Positions 18,298 to 29,001 of a stretch of 64,000 nt of DNA are shown here, one piece after another (within the stretch, counting starts at the first letter, position 1; each line of letters begins with the position of its first letter). The stretch is from contig JBKAGP010000001.1 of assembly GCA_046290465.1 (NCBI GenBank), positions 5,408,001-5,472,000 of the forward strand, written 5' to 3'. Below the pieces are notes generated by a model. It saw only the letters and a list, made by a program, of their open reading frames with translations, ran no database searches and was not told the origin of the DNA. The position numbers were made by a program, and so were the translations under genes. Source of the DNA: Planctomycetota bacterium. Lineage in GTDB: Bacteria; Planctomycetota; UBA1135; UBA2386.

Positions 18298-21228
18298 TTA
18301 CTTGCCGCGCAGTTCGGCCAGCTGCTGCTCGAGTCCGCTCAGCTCCTCGACCAGCTGCTCGTAGCGCTGGTAGGCGTGGTTGCCGGGGCGCTGGTCGGCG
18401 CGGTTGATCATCGAGCCGAGGTAGCGGATCTGCGACAGCAGCATCTGCTGGGGATAGGTCTGGCGCGCGTTGTTCAGCCGCGCCGCGATCGCGTCGAGTC
18501 TGGCGCCGCGCTCCTCGGACATCTGCGCGCGGGACAGGCTGCGCACGTCGCCGGCGAGCTTCGAGGCGCGCTGGCTCAGGGCCTGCACCTTCTCGACCAG
18601 GTCGATCTGCGCCTGCAGGTCGGCGCGCGTGATGCCCTCGGCCTTGACCCGCGGGTCGAGCTCGAGCGTGACGCGCTGGGCGCTCTCGCCGCCGTCATGG
18701 ATCAGCCGCAGCTCGTAGTCGCCCGGCAGCACCAGCGTGCTGCCCTCGCCGCGCAGGTTCCACACGTAGCGGTGGAAGCCCTTGCTGGCCGACAGGCCCC
18801 GACCTCGGCCGCCGCGGCGGAACGGGCCGCGCATGCCCTGGTCGCGGCGGCCGTTGCTGCCGCGTTCGCCGCTGGCGCGCACGGTGCGCACCAGGGTCGG
18901 GGTCGCCGTCGACAGGTCACGGATCTCGAGGCGCAGGCCCTGCACGTCCTCGGGCAGCACGTAGTGCACGTTGCAGCCCGAGCCCGACAGGCGCGAACGG
19001 ACCGTTCGCCGCGGTTCGAACATCGTGACGGTGCTGGCGTCGTAGCTGCGCAGGCCGCGCAGCGCCGATACGTCGTCGAGGATCCAGAACGAACGCCCCA
19101 TCGTCGAGAGCACCAGGTCGTCCTCGTGCACCAGCATGTCGGTGATCGGCGTGACCGGCAGGTTGAGCTGGAACGGCCGCCAGCTCGCGCCGGCGTCGAG
19201 CGAGACGTAGAGGCCCCATTCGGTGCCGAGGTAGACGACGTTCTGGTCCTGCGGGTCCTCGCGCACGACGCGCGTCGGGCAGTTGTCGGGCAGGCCGTTG
19301 GCGAGCCGCTTCCAGCTCTTGCCGAAGTCGGTGGTCTTGTAGACGTGCGACGACGGATCGCCCAGCTGGTAGCGCAGCACGCACGCGTAGGCCGTGCCGG
19401 CGTCGGCCCACGACGGTTCGATCGTCTGCACGCGGCCGCCCTTCGGCATGCTCGGGGTGACGTCGGTCCAGTTGCGGCCGTCGTCGCGGGTGACGTAGAT
19501 CGGCCCGTCGTTGGCGCCGGTCCAGATCACGCCGCGCTGCACCGGCGACTCGGCGATCTCGTAGAGCGTCGAGTAGTACTCCTCGCCGGTGATGTCGCGG
19601 GTGATCGGGTAGCCGCTGTCGACCTGCTTGTCGGCCTCGAACGCGGTCAGGTCCGGCGAGATCGTCTGCCAGGTCCTGCCGTCGTCGCGGGTGCGGTGCA
19701 GGTATTGCGAACCGTGGTAGACCGTGCCGGGATCGAACGGCGAGATCGAGATCGGCGCGACCCGCTGGAAGCGGTAGCGCAGGTCCTTCGGGTTGTGGCC
19801 GTAGAGGCTCTCGGCGCCGACGTAGTACTGCTGTTCCTGGCCGGTGCGGTGGTTGTAGACGCCGAAGCGGCCCTTGCAGTTGGCGTAGACGATGTCGTGG
19901 TCGTCCGGCTTGGGCACCGCCGGACCGGTCTCGCAGCCGCCGACCGACTCCCAGAATGAACCGACGCCGCCGGTCGCCGAATGCGGCGAGCGGCTCGGCA
20001 CGCGGATCGTGCTGTTGTCCTGCTGGCCGGCGTAGAGCCAGTACGGGAAGCGGCCGTCGACCGCGATCTGGTAGAGCTCGGCGGTCGGCTGGTTGGTCTG
20101 CCGCGACCAGGTCGCGCCGCCGTCCATCGTGACGTTGGCGCCGCCGTCGTTGCACTGCACCATCACCTTCGGGTTGGCCGGGTGGATCCATACCTCGTGG
20201 TTGTCGCCGTGCGGCGTGAAGCGCCGCCGCCAGCGCTTGCCGCCGTCGCTCGACTCCTGGTAGCCGGTCGCGCTGGCGAACAGGTGGTCGGCGTCGGTCG
20301 GGTCGCAGTCGAGGTTGCAGTAGTAGAACGGGCGATCGAGGATGCCGCGCTGGTTCGACACGAACGCGAAGGTCTCGCCGGCGTCGTCACTGCGGTAGAG
20401 GCCCGGTCGATCGAGTGCCTCGATCAGCACCCACAGCCGGTCCGGCTGCGCCGGCGACACCGCCAGGTCGCTCTTGCCGACCACGCCGGTCGGCAGGCCG
20501 CCGCCGAGCTGCTGCCACGCGTTGCCGCCGTCGGTGCTGCGCCACACGCCGCCCTGCGTGCCGCCGGACTTGATCGTCCACGGCTTGCGCTCGGCTTCCC
20601 ACATCGACGCGTAGATCACGTCGGGGTCGGCCGGGTGGAACTCGAGGTCGACGGCGCCGCAGGTCGACGAGACGCGGAACACCCGCTCCCAGCTGCTGCC
20701 GCCGTCCTTGCTGCGGTAGACGCCGCGTTCGTCGTTGGGTGCGAAGGCGTTGCCGATCGCGGCGACGAAGACGACGTCGTGGTCGGTCGGGTGGATCAGC
20801 ACCGCGCCGATCTGGCCGGTCTGCTCGAGGCCCATGCACCGCCAGGTCTTGCCGGCGTCGGTCGACTTGTAGACGCCGCGGCCGGGGATCACGTTGCTGC
20901 GCAGGCCGTCGGAGCCGGTGCCGACCCAGACCAGGTCGCCGTCGTCGTGGGCCACCGTGATCGCGCCGATCGACGGCGTCGAGAAGAACCCGTCCGAGAC
21001 GTTGCGCCAGCTGTTGCCGAAGTCGGTCGTCTTCCAGACGCCGCCGCCGGTCGCACCCATGTAGAAGGTGCCCATCGTGGTCGCGTCGCCGCAGACCGCG
21101 GTGACCCGGCCGCCGCGCGACGGGCCGACGTTGCGGAACCGCAGTTCGGACAGGTCGGGCAGCTGTTGGGCCGCGGTGGCGGCCGCCAGCACGGGCAGGA
21201 CGAGGGACGCGAGGATCGGGTGCTTCAT
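18298..21228 (-). CDS. Secreted BNR/Asp-box (VPS10/sortilin-like) beta-propeller glycosyl hydrolase-like protein
   Basis: FRNVGPSRGGRV start, repeated S.D.G.TW Asp-boxes, and NDGG and GQQDN motifs. Confidence 0.9.
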   Translation of the reverse strand: MKHPILASLVLPVLAAATAAQQLPDLSELRFRNVGPSRGGRVTAVCGDATTMGTFYMGATGGGVWKTTDFGNSWRNVSDGFFSTPSIGAITVAHDDGDLVWVGTGSDGLRSNVIPGRGVYKSTDAGKTWRCMGLEQTGQIGAVLIHPTDHDVVFVAAIGNAFAPNDERGVYRSKDGGSSWERVFRVSSTCGAVDLEFHPADPDVIYASMWEAERKPWTIKSGGTQGGVWRSTDGGNAWQQLGGGLPTGVVGKSDLAVSPAQPDRLWVLIEALDRPGLYRSDDAGETFAFVSNQRGILDRPFYYCNLDCDPTDADHLFASATGYQESSDGGKRWRRRFTPHGDNHEVWIHPANPKVMVQCNDGGANVTMDGGATWSRQTNQPTAELYQIAVDGRFPYWLYAGQQDNSTIRVPSRSPHSATGGVGSFWESVGGCETGPAVPKPDDHDIVYANCKGRFGVYNHRTGQEQQYYVGAESLYGHNPKDLRYRFQRVAPISISPFDPGTVYHGSQYLHRTRDDGRTWQTISPDLTAFEADKQVDSGYPITRDITGEEYYSTLYEIAESPVQRGVIWTGANDGPIYVTRDDGRNWTDVTPSMPKGGRVQTIEPSWADAGTAYACVLRYQLGDPSSHVYKTTDFGKSWKRLANGLPDNCPTRVVREDPQDQNVVYLGTEWGLYVSLDAGASWRPFQLNLPVTPITDMLVHEDDLVLSTMGRSFWILDDVSALRGLRSYDASTVTMFEPRRTVRSRLSGSGCNVHYVLPEDVQGLRLEIRDLSTATPTLVRTVRASGERGSNGRRDQGMRGPFRRGGRGRGLSASKGFHRYVWNLRGEGSTLVLPGDYELRLIHDGGESAQRVTLELDPRVKAEGITRADLQAQIDLVEKVQALSQRASKLAGDVRSLSRAQMSEERGARLDAIAARLNNARQTYPQQMLLSQIRYLGSMINRADQRPGNHAYQRYEQLVEELSGLEQQLAELRGK

Positions 21229-21340
21229 GGTGCGCGTTGGGAGAACGACGGGCCCGACGATAGGCGGGCTCGCAGCGACCGGCGGGGCGGATTCGTAACA
21301 AGCCCATCGCGTTCGCCCGTTCGGTCCCGTGGCGGACCGT

Positions 21341-21850
21341 TCACTCCCGCGGCGGCTTGTCGGCGATCCGGTCGACGAACGCGCGCAGCTCGTACATGTC
21401 CTCGCTGCCGAGCCCCTGGCCGATGAAGGCGGCGCCGTAGGTGAACAGCGCCAGCGCGACCGCGATCGGGGCCGCGACGAACGCCCACGGGGTCTGGTCG
21501 AGGATGATCTGCGCGCCGCCGTAGCTGACGCCGGCGATCGCGACGATCGTCAGCGTCAGGTAGATGGCGACGAAGCCGGTCCACACCGGACTGCTCGGAC
21601 AGAAGCGACCGTGCAGCACGTAGCCGTCGTCGCGTCGCTCGACGTCGAGGTGCAGCGCCGGGCTCCAGAAGTGCCGGTCCGGCTCGTGGCGTCGCAGGAT
21701 CGCGCCGCCGCCGGCGATGCCGTCGCCGAACATCGAACCGCGGCACGGCGCCTGCCCGCGCGTCAGCGCCAGGTCGAGGGCCTTGAAGAAGTCCTCGCCG
21801 GTGCCGGGGAGGTCCCGCGCGAAGCGGGGGCGCATGCGCGGCGTCGTCAT
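21341..21850 (-). CDS. Hypothetical membrane protein (two C-terminal TM helices)
   Basis: MRPRF...FWSPALHL...LHGRF.P...VWTGF followed by two hydrophobic helices; coding-like codon use. Confidence 0.65.
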   Translation of the reverse strand: MTTPRMRPRFARDLPGTGEDFFKALDLALTRGQAPCRGSMFGDGIAGGGAILRRHEPDRHFWSPALHLDVERRDDGYVLHGRFCPSSPVWTGFVAIYLTLTIVAIAGVSYGGAQIILDQTPWAFVAAPIAVALALFTYGAAFIGQGLGSEDMYELRAFVDRIADKPPRE

Positions 21851-21965
21851 GGCAGGATTGTGCGGCGAGCGGCCCCGCGCGCGATCCGGACGATGGCGTA
21901 TACGCGCGAACCTTCGCGCGGGATTTCGTAACAGGGCCGCCGCCGCATCGACCTAAGCTGCTCCC

Positions 21966-23735
21966 GTGCTCCGAACGCTCCTCGCCCGCATCGCCCCGCA
22001 GAACGACGGCTGGCTGGCCGCGTTGTTCGGCGCCGGCACGGCCGGGGTGTGGCTGCCCGGGTCGCTGTTCGTCGGCACGTTCATCACCGAGGACCTGTCG
22101 TGCGTCGCGGCCGGGATCTTCGCCGCCGAGGGCCGCATCGACATCGTCACCGCGACGATCGCCTGCACGCTCGGCATCTGGCTCGGCGACATCGGCCTCT
22201 ACCTGATCGGCTGGCTGACCGCGCGCGGCCTGCTGCGCTGGGGCTGGGCGCGCCGCAAGATGGACCGGCTCGGCAACAGCTCGTGGCGGACCGCGTTCGA
22301 ACAGCACGGCAACAAGATCCTGTTCACGTCGCGGTTCCTGCCCGGCACGCGGGTGCCGAGCTACCTGGTCGCCGGTGCGATCGGCTTCTCGCTGCTGCGG
22401 TTCGCGACCGTGCTCGGCATCGCGGTCGTCATCTGGACGCCGCTGCTGGTCGGCGCCGCCGCGATCTCCGGCAAGGTCGTGCTCGACGTGCTCGAACAGT
22501 GGGGTGCCTACGCGTGGATCGCGGTGCCGTGCGCGCTGCTGGTCGCGTGGCTGGTGCTGCGTCTGCTGACGCTGCTGACGTCGTGGCGCGGCCGCCGGCT
22601 GCTGCTCGGGCGCTGGCGGCGAATGACGCGCTGGGAGTACTGGCCGCCGCTGTTCGTGTTCCCGCCGGTGGTGCTCGACCTGGTGCGCACCGCGATCGTG
22701 CATCGCACGCCGGCGGTGTTCACCGCGTGCAACCGCGGCATCCCGTTCGGTGGGCTGTTCGGCGAGTCGAAGGGCGACATCCTCGACCTGCTGCACGGCG
22801 ACGTCGGCGACGTCGGCGACGGCGGCGTGTCGGTCGCCGGCTACCGACGCCTGCGTCACGGCGCCACGATCGACGAACGGATGGCCGAGGTCCGGCCGTT
22901 CCTGGCTGCCGGCCGCTGCGTGCTGAAGCCCGACCAGGGCGAACGCGGCGCCGGCGTCGTGGTCGTGCGCAGCGAGGACGAGGCGCGCGTCTGGCTCGAG
23001 AGCTGCCCGCACGACGCGATCGTGCAGCAGTTCGTCGACGGCGCCGAGTTCGGCATCTCGTGGTGCCGCGACCCGGAGACCGGCCGCGGGCAGATCCACT
23101 CGATCACCCACAAGGTGCTGCCGGCGGTCGTCGGTGACGGCGAGGCGAGCCTCGAGGAGCTGATCCTCGGCGATCCGCGCCAGGTCGCGATGGCGCCGTT
23201 CCACCTGAAGAAGCAGGCGGCGCGGTTGCAGTGGGTGCCGGCCGCGGGCGAACGGGTGTCGCTCGGCGACCTCGGCACGCACGCGCGCGGGGCGACGTTC
23301 TACGACGTTCGCAGCCTCGCGACGCCGGCGCTGCACGCGGCGTTCGATCGCTACCTCGGCGACGTGCCCGAGGTCGACTTCGGCCGCTTCGACGTGCGCG
23401 CCCCCGACCGCGAGGCGGTCGCCGCAGGGCGCGGCATCCGCGTGCTCGAGTTCAACGGTGTGACCGGCGAGGCGACCCACGTCTACCAGCCGGGCTATCC
23501 GTGGTGGCGCGGGGTCCGCGACATGATCGCGCACCTGCGGCGGGCGAGCCGGATCGGGGCGGCCAACCGGCGGGCCGGCCACCGGCCGGCCACGATGCGG
23601 CAATTGTTCTCGGTGCTGTTCGATGCCTGGCGCCGGCCGGCGTTCGAATACGACGCCGCCGGGAGCAGGTCGGCGGAACCGGGCCCGGGCGGGGCCGTAT
23701 CCAACGCCCTTCCTCGAGACGCTCGCGGCGCTTAG
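21966..23735 (+). CDS. DedA/VTT membrane domain fused to an ATP-grasp (D-Ala-D-Ala ligase-like) domain
   Basis: N-terminal TEDL...GD..LY..G and SRFLPGTR (DedA); then WEYWP, KPDQGERGAGV, GRFDVR and VLEFNG (ATP-grasp). Confidence 0.85.
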   Translation: MLRTLLARIAPQNDGWLAALFGAGTAGVWLPGSLFVGTFITEDLSCVAAGIFAAEGRIDIVTATIACTLGIWLGDIGLYLIGWLTARGLLRWGWARRKMDRLGNSSWRTAFEQHGNKILFTSRFLPGTRVPSYLVAGAIGFSLLRFATVLGIAVVIWTPLLVGAAAISGKVVLDVLEQWGAYAWIAVPCALLVAWLVLRLLTLLTSWRGRRLLLGRWRRMTRWEYWPPLFVFPPVVLDLVRTAIVHRTPAVFTACNRGIPFGGLFGESKGDILDLLHGDVGDVGDGGVSVAGYRRLRHGATIDERMAEVRPFLAAGRCVLKPDQGERGAGVVVVRSEDEARVWLESCPHDAIVQQFVDGAEFGISWCRDPETGRGQIHSITHKVLPAVVGDGEASLEELILGDPRQVAMAPFHLKKQAARLQWVPAAGERVSLGDLGTHARGATFYDVRSLATPALHAAFDRYLGDVPEVDFGRFDVRAPDREAVAAGRGIRVLEFNGVTGEATHVYQPGYPWWRGVRDMIAHLRRASRIGAANRRAGHRPATMRQLFSVLFDAWRRPAFEYDAAGSRSAEPGPGGAVSNALPRDARGA

Positions 23736-23748
23736 GCTGCGCGCCAGG

Positions 23749-24333
23749 ATGATGGCGCCATCGACAGACGGAACCGACCAAGGCATGACGGGCGACGACA
23801 CGACCGGCGACGACACGACCGGCGAAGACATGACCGGCGCGGTCTGCGCTTCCCTCGAAGCGCTGGCCGCGCACGTGGCGGCGCTGCCGGCCGACGCGTA
23901 CGCCGAGACCACCCCGGAGCTCGCCGGCTCCAGCATCGGCATGCACGTGCGGCACTGCCTGGACCACTACGCGACGCTGCTGCAGGGCCTGCGCACCGGG
24001 CGCTTCGACTACGACCAGCGCGGCCGCGCCGTCGACGTCGAGTGCGATCGCGAGTGCGCGGCGAGGTGGGCCCGTTCGCTGCGCGACGACCTGGGGGCGA
24101 TCCTGCGCGACACTGACCTGACCAGCGCGGTCGACGTGCGCACCGCGTCGACGCCGAACGGCCAGGTCGACTGGCAGCGCTCGTCGGTCGGCCGCGAGCT
24201 GCAGTTCCTGGTCAGCCACACCGTGCACCACTCGGCGATGGTCGCGGCGAGCTGCCGGGTGCGCGGCTTGCCGGTGTCGGCCGACCACGGCGTGGCGCCG
24301 TCGACGCTGCGCCATCGCGCCGCCACCTCCTGA
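23749..24333 (+). CDS. DinB/YfiT-family metal-binding protein
   Basis: SIGMHVRHCLDHY, DYDQR, REL.FL.SHTVHH and GVAPST motifs. Start is uncertain (23749, 23785 or 23830). Confidence 0.85.
   Translation: MMAPSTDGTDQGMTGDDTTGDDTTGEDMTGAVCASLEALAAHVAALPADAYAETTPELAGSSIGMHVRHCLDHYATLLQGLRTGRFDYDQRGRAVDVECDRECAARWARSLRDDLGAILRDTDLTSAVDVRTASTPNGQVDWQRSSVGRELQFLVSHTVHHSAMVAASCRVRGLPVSADHGVAPSTLRHRAATS
23785..23839 (+). repeat. 15-bp tandem repeat (about 3.7 copies) encoding (M/T)TGDD
   Basis: ATGACGGGCGACGAC ACGACCGGCGACGAC ACGACCGGCGAAGAC ATGACCGGCG. Confidence 0.85.
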
Positions 24334-24366
24334 TTCGACGGCTCGCCCTTCCCGGGCAGGCCGTCC

Positions 24367-25497
24367 TCAGTCTCTGGCTTCGCGGTGATCGCTGGCTTCG
24401 CGATCGCGCCACGGTTCGTCGGCGCGGATCCTCGCGGCGAGCGTGTCGCGGTTGTGCTGCGACAGGCCGGCCAGCATGTGCTCGACGGCACCGCGGTGCG
24501 CGGCTGCGACCGGTCGGCCGGCGAGGTGCCGTTCAACGTGCCCGATCAGGGCGTCGTCGGCGCCGGCCGTGCGCCAGGCCGTGACCGCAAAGCCGTGGCG
24601 CGTGCCGCCTCCCAGCAGCGCGTCGCGATCGGTCCGCGACTCGTCGGTGTCGATCGCCCGCAGCTGCGCGAACAGCCGTTCGAGTGCGGCACCGGGAGCG
24701 CCGGGCTCGAGCGGCTCGGCGCGCAGGTCGGCAACCCGCGCCAGCTCGTGCATCTGCCACAGGTAGTCGATCTCGCCGCCGATGCGGTAGGCGGAGCACA
24801 GTTCGAACACGTGGTCGTGCACGGCGTGCATCGGAAAGCGCGGCGTCCGTCGCCGATCGATCGCCGGCTGCACGTCGGGGGCGCCCAGCTCCGCGTCCGG
24901 CAGGGTGCCGCCCGGCGGCAGCGCGAACGCGACGCGGGCCGCGAGCAGGGCGCCGCGCAGGGCGGCATCCTCGTGCCACGAGACGATCCGGTGCAGCTCG
25001 ACGAACGACGCCACCGCCGCCTGCTCGCCGACGTCGATCCAGGCGTTGGCGAGTGCCAGCACGCCGCGAGGGTCGGCCTCCGGCCAGCGTGGTGTGGTGC
25101 GCATCGCGCAGCGCAGCAGCTGGCGCAGCCGGTGCTCCGTCAGCAGCCCGCGCGGCAGCCGGCACGGCTCCGCGCCATTGCGTTCGACGACGACGCCGCG
25201 CGCGTCGATGTGCACCTGCCCGAGCGTCGGCAGCGTGCCATGGCCGTCGGTGCCGTAGCACCACTGCACGACGCCGCGGCCGGCGTCGCCGCGGCTGCGC
25301 GCATCGACGATGTCGTCCGGTGGGCCGAGCAGCTCCAGCACGCGCTCGTAGCGGTCGCCCTCGGCGAGCTGCGCCATCGCCGCGGCGAACTGCCAGCGAT
25401 CGGGCAGCGGCACGGCCGCCGTCGGTGTCGGCCTGGCCGCGCAGCCGGCCCAGACGGAGATGGCCAGCAGGGACAGGATGCGGGCTGCAGCGGTCAT
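24367..25497 (-). CDS. Hypothetical lipoprotein
   Basis: Lipobox WAGC; V.ELLG.PD segment resembles SmpA/BamE-like domains; fills the gap between neighbours. Confidence 0.6.
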   Translation of the reverse strand: MTAAARILSLLAISVWAGCAARPTPTAAVPLPDRWQFAAAMAQLAEGDRYERVLELLGPPDDIVDARSRGDAGRGVVQWCYGTDGHGTLPTLGQVHIDARGVVVERNGAEPCRLPRGLLTEHRLRQLLRCAMRTTPRWPEADPRGVLALANAWIDVGEQAAVASFVELHRIVSWHEDAALRGALLAARVAFALPPGGTLPDAELGAPDVQPAIDRRRTPRFPMHAVHDHVFELCSAYRIGGEIDYLWQMHELARVADLRAEPLEPGAPGAALERLFAQLRAIDTDESRTDRDALLGGGTRHGFAVTAWRTAGADDALIGHVERHLAGRPVAAAHRGAVEHMLAGLSQHNRDTLAARIRADEPWRDREASDHREARD

Positions 25498-25583
25498 GCC
25501 GCGATGCTACCTCGTCGCGGCAGCGGCGGGTGTTCGCGGGCGGGATGCTCGGCTGGCGGCGAGGCTTCGGCGATACTGCGGCG

Positions 25584-26159
25584 ATGCCGTTCATCCGACA
25601 GGTTTCCGACGAGGAGGCGACCGGCGACTGCCGGCGCGAACTCGAGGCCACAAGGCAGCGCGCGGGCCGGGTCTGGAACATCGTGCGCATCATGACCCCC
25701 AACCCGGCGGTGTTGCGCGCGTCGATGCAGCTCTACCAGGCGGTGATGTACGGACCGTCGCAGCTGTCGCGCCGGTAGCGCGAGATGCTGGCGGTCGTCG
25801 TCAGCAAGGCCAACGGCTGCACCTATTGACTGCGCAGCCACGCCCACGACCTCCGTGCCGAGGTCGGTGACGAAGAAGGGGACGAGTGGGTCGAGGCGTT
25901 GGCGCGGGACTGGCGCGAGGTCCGGCTGGCACCGGCCGACGCGGCGCTGTGTGCGTTCGCCGACAGGTTGACGGCGAGCCCTTCGTCGATGGCGCAGAAC
26001 GACGTCGACGCGCTGCGCGCGGTCGGCTGGTCGGACGCCGCGATCCACGACGCGAGCCAGGTCGTCAGCTACTTCAACTACATCAACCGCATCGCCGACG
26101 CGCTGGGCGTCGAGCTCGAGACGTTCGTGCGCGCCTGGGGCGAAGGCGGGCCCGGCTAG
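25584..26159 (+). CDS. AhpD/carboxymuconolactone-decarboxylase-like peroxidase-related protein, probable selenoprotein (CTYU), with an additional in-frame TAG
   Basis: One frame: MPFIRQV...LSRR(TAG 25776)REMLAVVVSKANGCTY(TGA 25827)LRSHAHDL...VSYFNYINRIADALGV. The TGA occupies the second Cys of the CxxC..H motif. Confidence 0.85.
25845..25869 (+). promoter_or_regulatory. Putative bacterial SECIS hairpin
   Basis: CAC-GACCTC-[CGTGCC]-GAGGTC-G-GTG; the loop begins 24 nt after the TGA and has G at its second position. Confidence 0.7.
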
Positions 26160-26160
26160 C

Positions 26161-26775
26161 TCAGGCCGCGCGGCTGCGGCCGAACAGGCGCGGCAGGAAG
26201 CGGCCGGTGCGCCGGTAGTACGGTGCGTACCGGTCGTGTTCCTGCAGCAGGCGGGCCTCCTCGTCGCGGGCGCTGCGCCGGTAGTACCACCACAGCATGA
26301 CCAGGTTGGCGACCAGCCAGACGGAGCCGGTCGCCAGCGCGAGACCGAGCAGCACCAGCTGGTTGGCGGTGTAGATCGGGTGCCGGATGCGCGCGTACGG
26401 TCCGGCCGTGACGATCGCGTGCGGCACGTAGCTGTCGTAGCACGGACTGTAGTGGCGGCCGAGTGCGCGGCGCGACAGGGCGAACATCAGGTAGCCGGCC
26501 GCGGCGACCGCCATGCCCGCGTAGATCGCCACGGGCGAGCGGTGCACGACCAGCCAGACGGCGTGGGGCGACAGCAGCGCGCCGAGGCCACAGACCAGCG
26601 TCGACGTCCGGATCCACGCGTAGACGGCCGCGAAGCCGCGCGGCGAGGGCATCGCCTCGCGGCTGCCGTCGGCGTAGTCGCGCGCCGCGTGGTCTCGCCG
26701 GTAGCTGCGCGCGGACAGCGCGCACAGCAGCAGCAGGAACGCCGCGGCGATCCACTCGTGCACGGAGGCGCTCAC
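26161..26775 (-). CDS. Isoprenylcysteine carboxyl methyltransferase (ICMT/PEMT)-family membrane methyltransferase
   Basis: LGRHYS, IVTAGPYARIRHPIYT, EEARL and Y..Y...TGRFLP motifs; GTG start overlaps the upstream TGA. Confidence 0.88.
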   Translation of the reverse strand: MSASVHEWIAAAFLLLLCALSARSYRRDHAARDYADGSREAMPSPRGFAAVYAWIRTSTLVCGLGALLSPHAVWLVVHRSPVAIYAGMAVAAAGYLMFALSRRALGRHYSPCYDSYVPHAIVTAGPYARIRHPIYTANQLVLLGLALATGSVWLVANLVMLWWYYRRSARDEEARLLQEHDRYAPYYRRTGRFLPRLFGRSRAA

Positions 26776-27296
26776 GCGATCGCCGCCTCGGCGTCCTCGA
26801 TCATGAAGATCGGCACCGTCGCGTGGATCTGCATCGAGCCCACCCGGGTGTCGACGACGGCGCGGCGGGCGCCGTTCGGCAGCCGCTTGACGCTGCGCAG
26901 CCACAGCTGCTGCACGAGGTCCTGCTCGTCCGCGATCAACGTCGGGATCTTCACGTCGATCTTGGTCGGCCACATCTTGAACTGCTCGGGGCCGTGCGGG
27001 TCGTAGTCGAGGTCGAACTCGCGGCACAGCGCCAGGTAGAGCATCTTCTGCGTGTGCGCGAGCGCGGTCAGGAAGATCAGGTGGCTCGGGCTGGCGAGCA
27101 TCGTGCTGTGGTAGGTGCGGTCGAAGTGCGCCTCGACGTAGCCGGGGCCGACGCGGTATTCGCGCACCTTCATCACTTCTTCCACCGGGCGGTCCGGCAT
27201 CACGTTGAAGCTGCAGCGGCAGTCGTGCAGCTCCTGGATCACCTCGAGGTCGAGGGCGGTCTCACAGTTGGGCATCGGGTCGTGCTCCTGGGTCAT
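26772..27296 (-). CDS. Hypothetical protein, possibly hot-dog fold (thioesterase/dehydratase-like)
   Basis: 174 aa. Beta strands, then a central helix (SHLIFLTALAHTQKMLYLAL), then more beta strands, loosely like FcoT/AfsA hot-dog proteins. Translationally coupled to the ICMT gene. Confidence 0.55.
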   Translation of the reverse strand: MTQEHDPMPNCETALDLEVIQELHDCRCSFNVMPDRPVEEVMKVREYRVGPGYVEAHFDRTYHSTMLASPSHLIFLTALAHTQKMLYLALCREFDLDYDPHGPEQFKMWPTKIDVKIPTLIADEQDLVQQLWLRSVKRLPNGARRAVVDTRVGSMQIHATVPIFMIEDAEAAIA

Positions 27297-27380
27297 GGTT
27301 CTGGCCCCAGGAACGACGGGTGGCGCCGAGGTCGGCCAACCTTGCCGCAAATCGGTCGCGGCGCCGCGCTCGGTCCGCGC

Positions 27381-28994
<1,614 letters not shown>

Positions 28995-29001
28995 CGGCCG
29001 C

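Noticed and set aside
25776..25829. Genome-wide stop codon reassignment (TGA or TAG)
   Set aside because: TGA and TAG end many intact genes here (rpsO and pnp with TGA; ileS with TAG). The internal TGAs occur only at Cys-motif positions.
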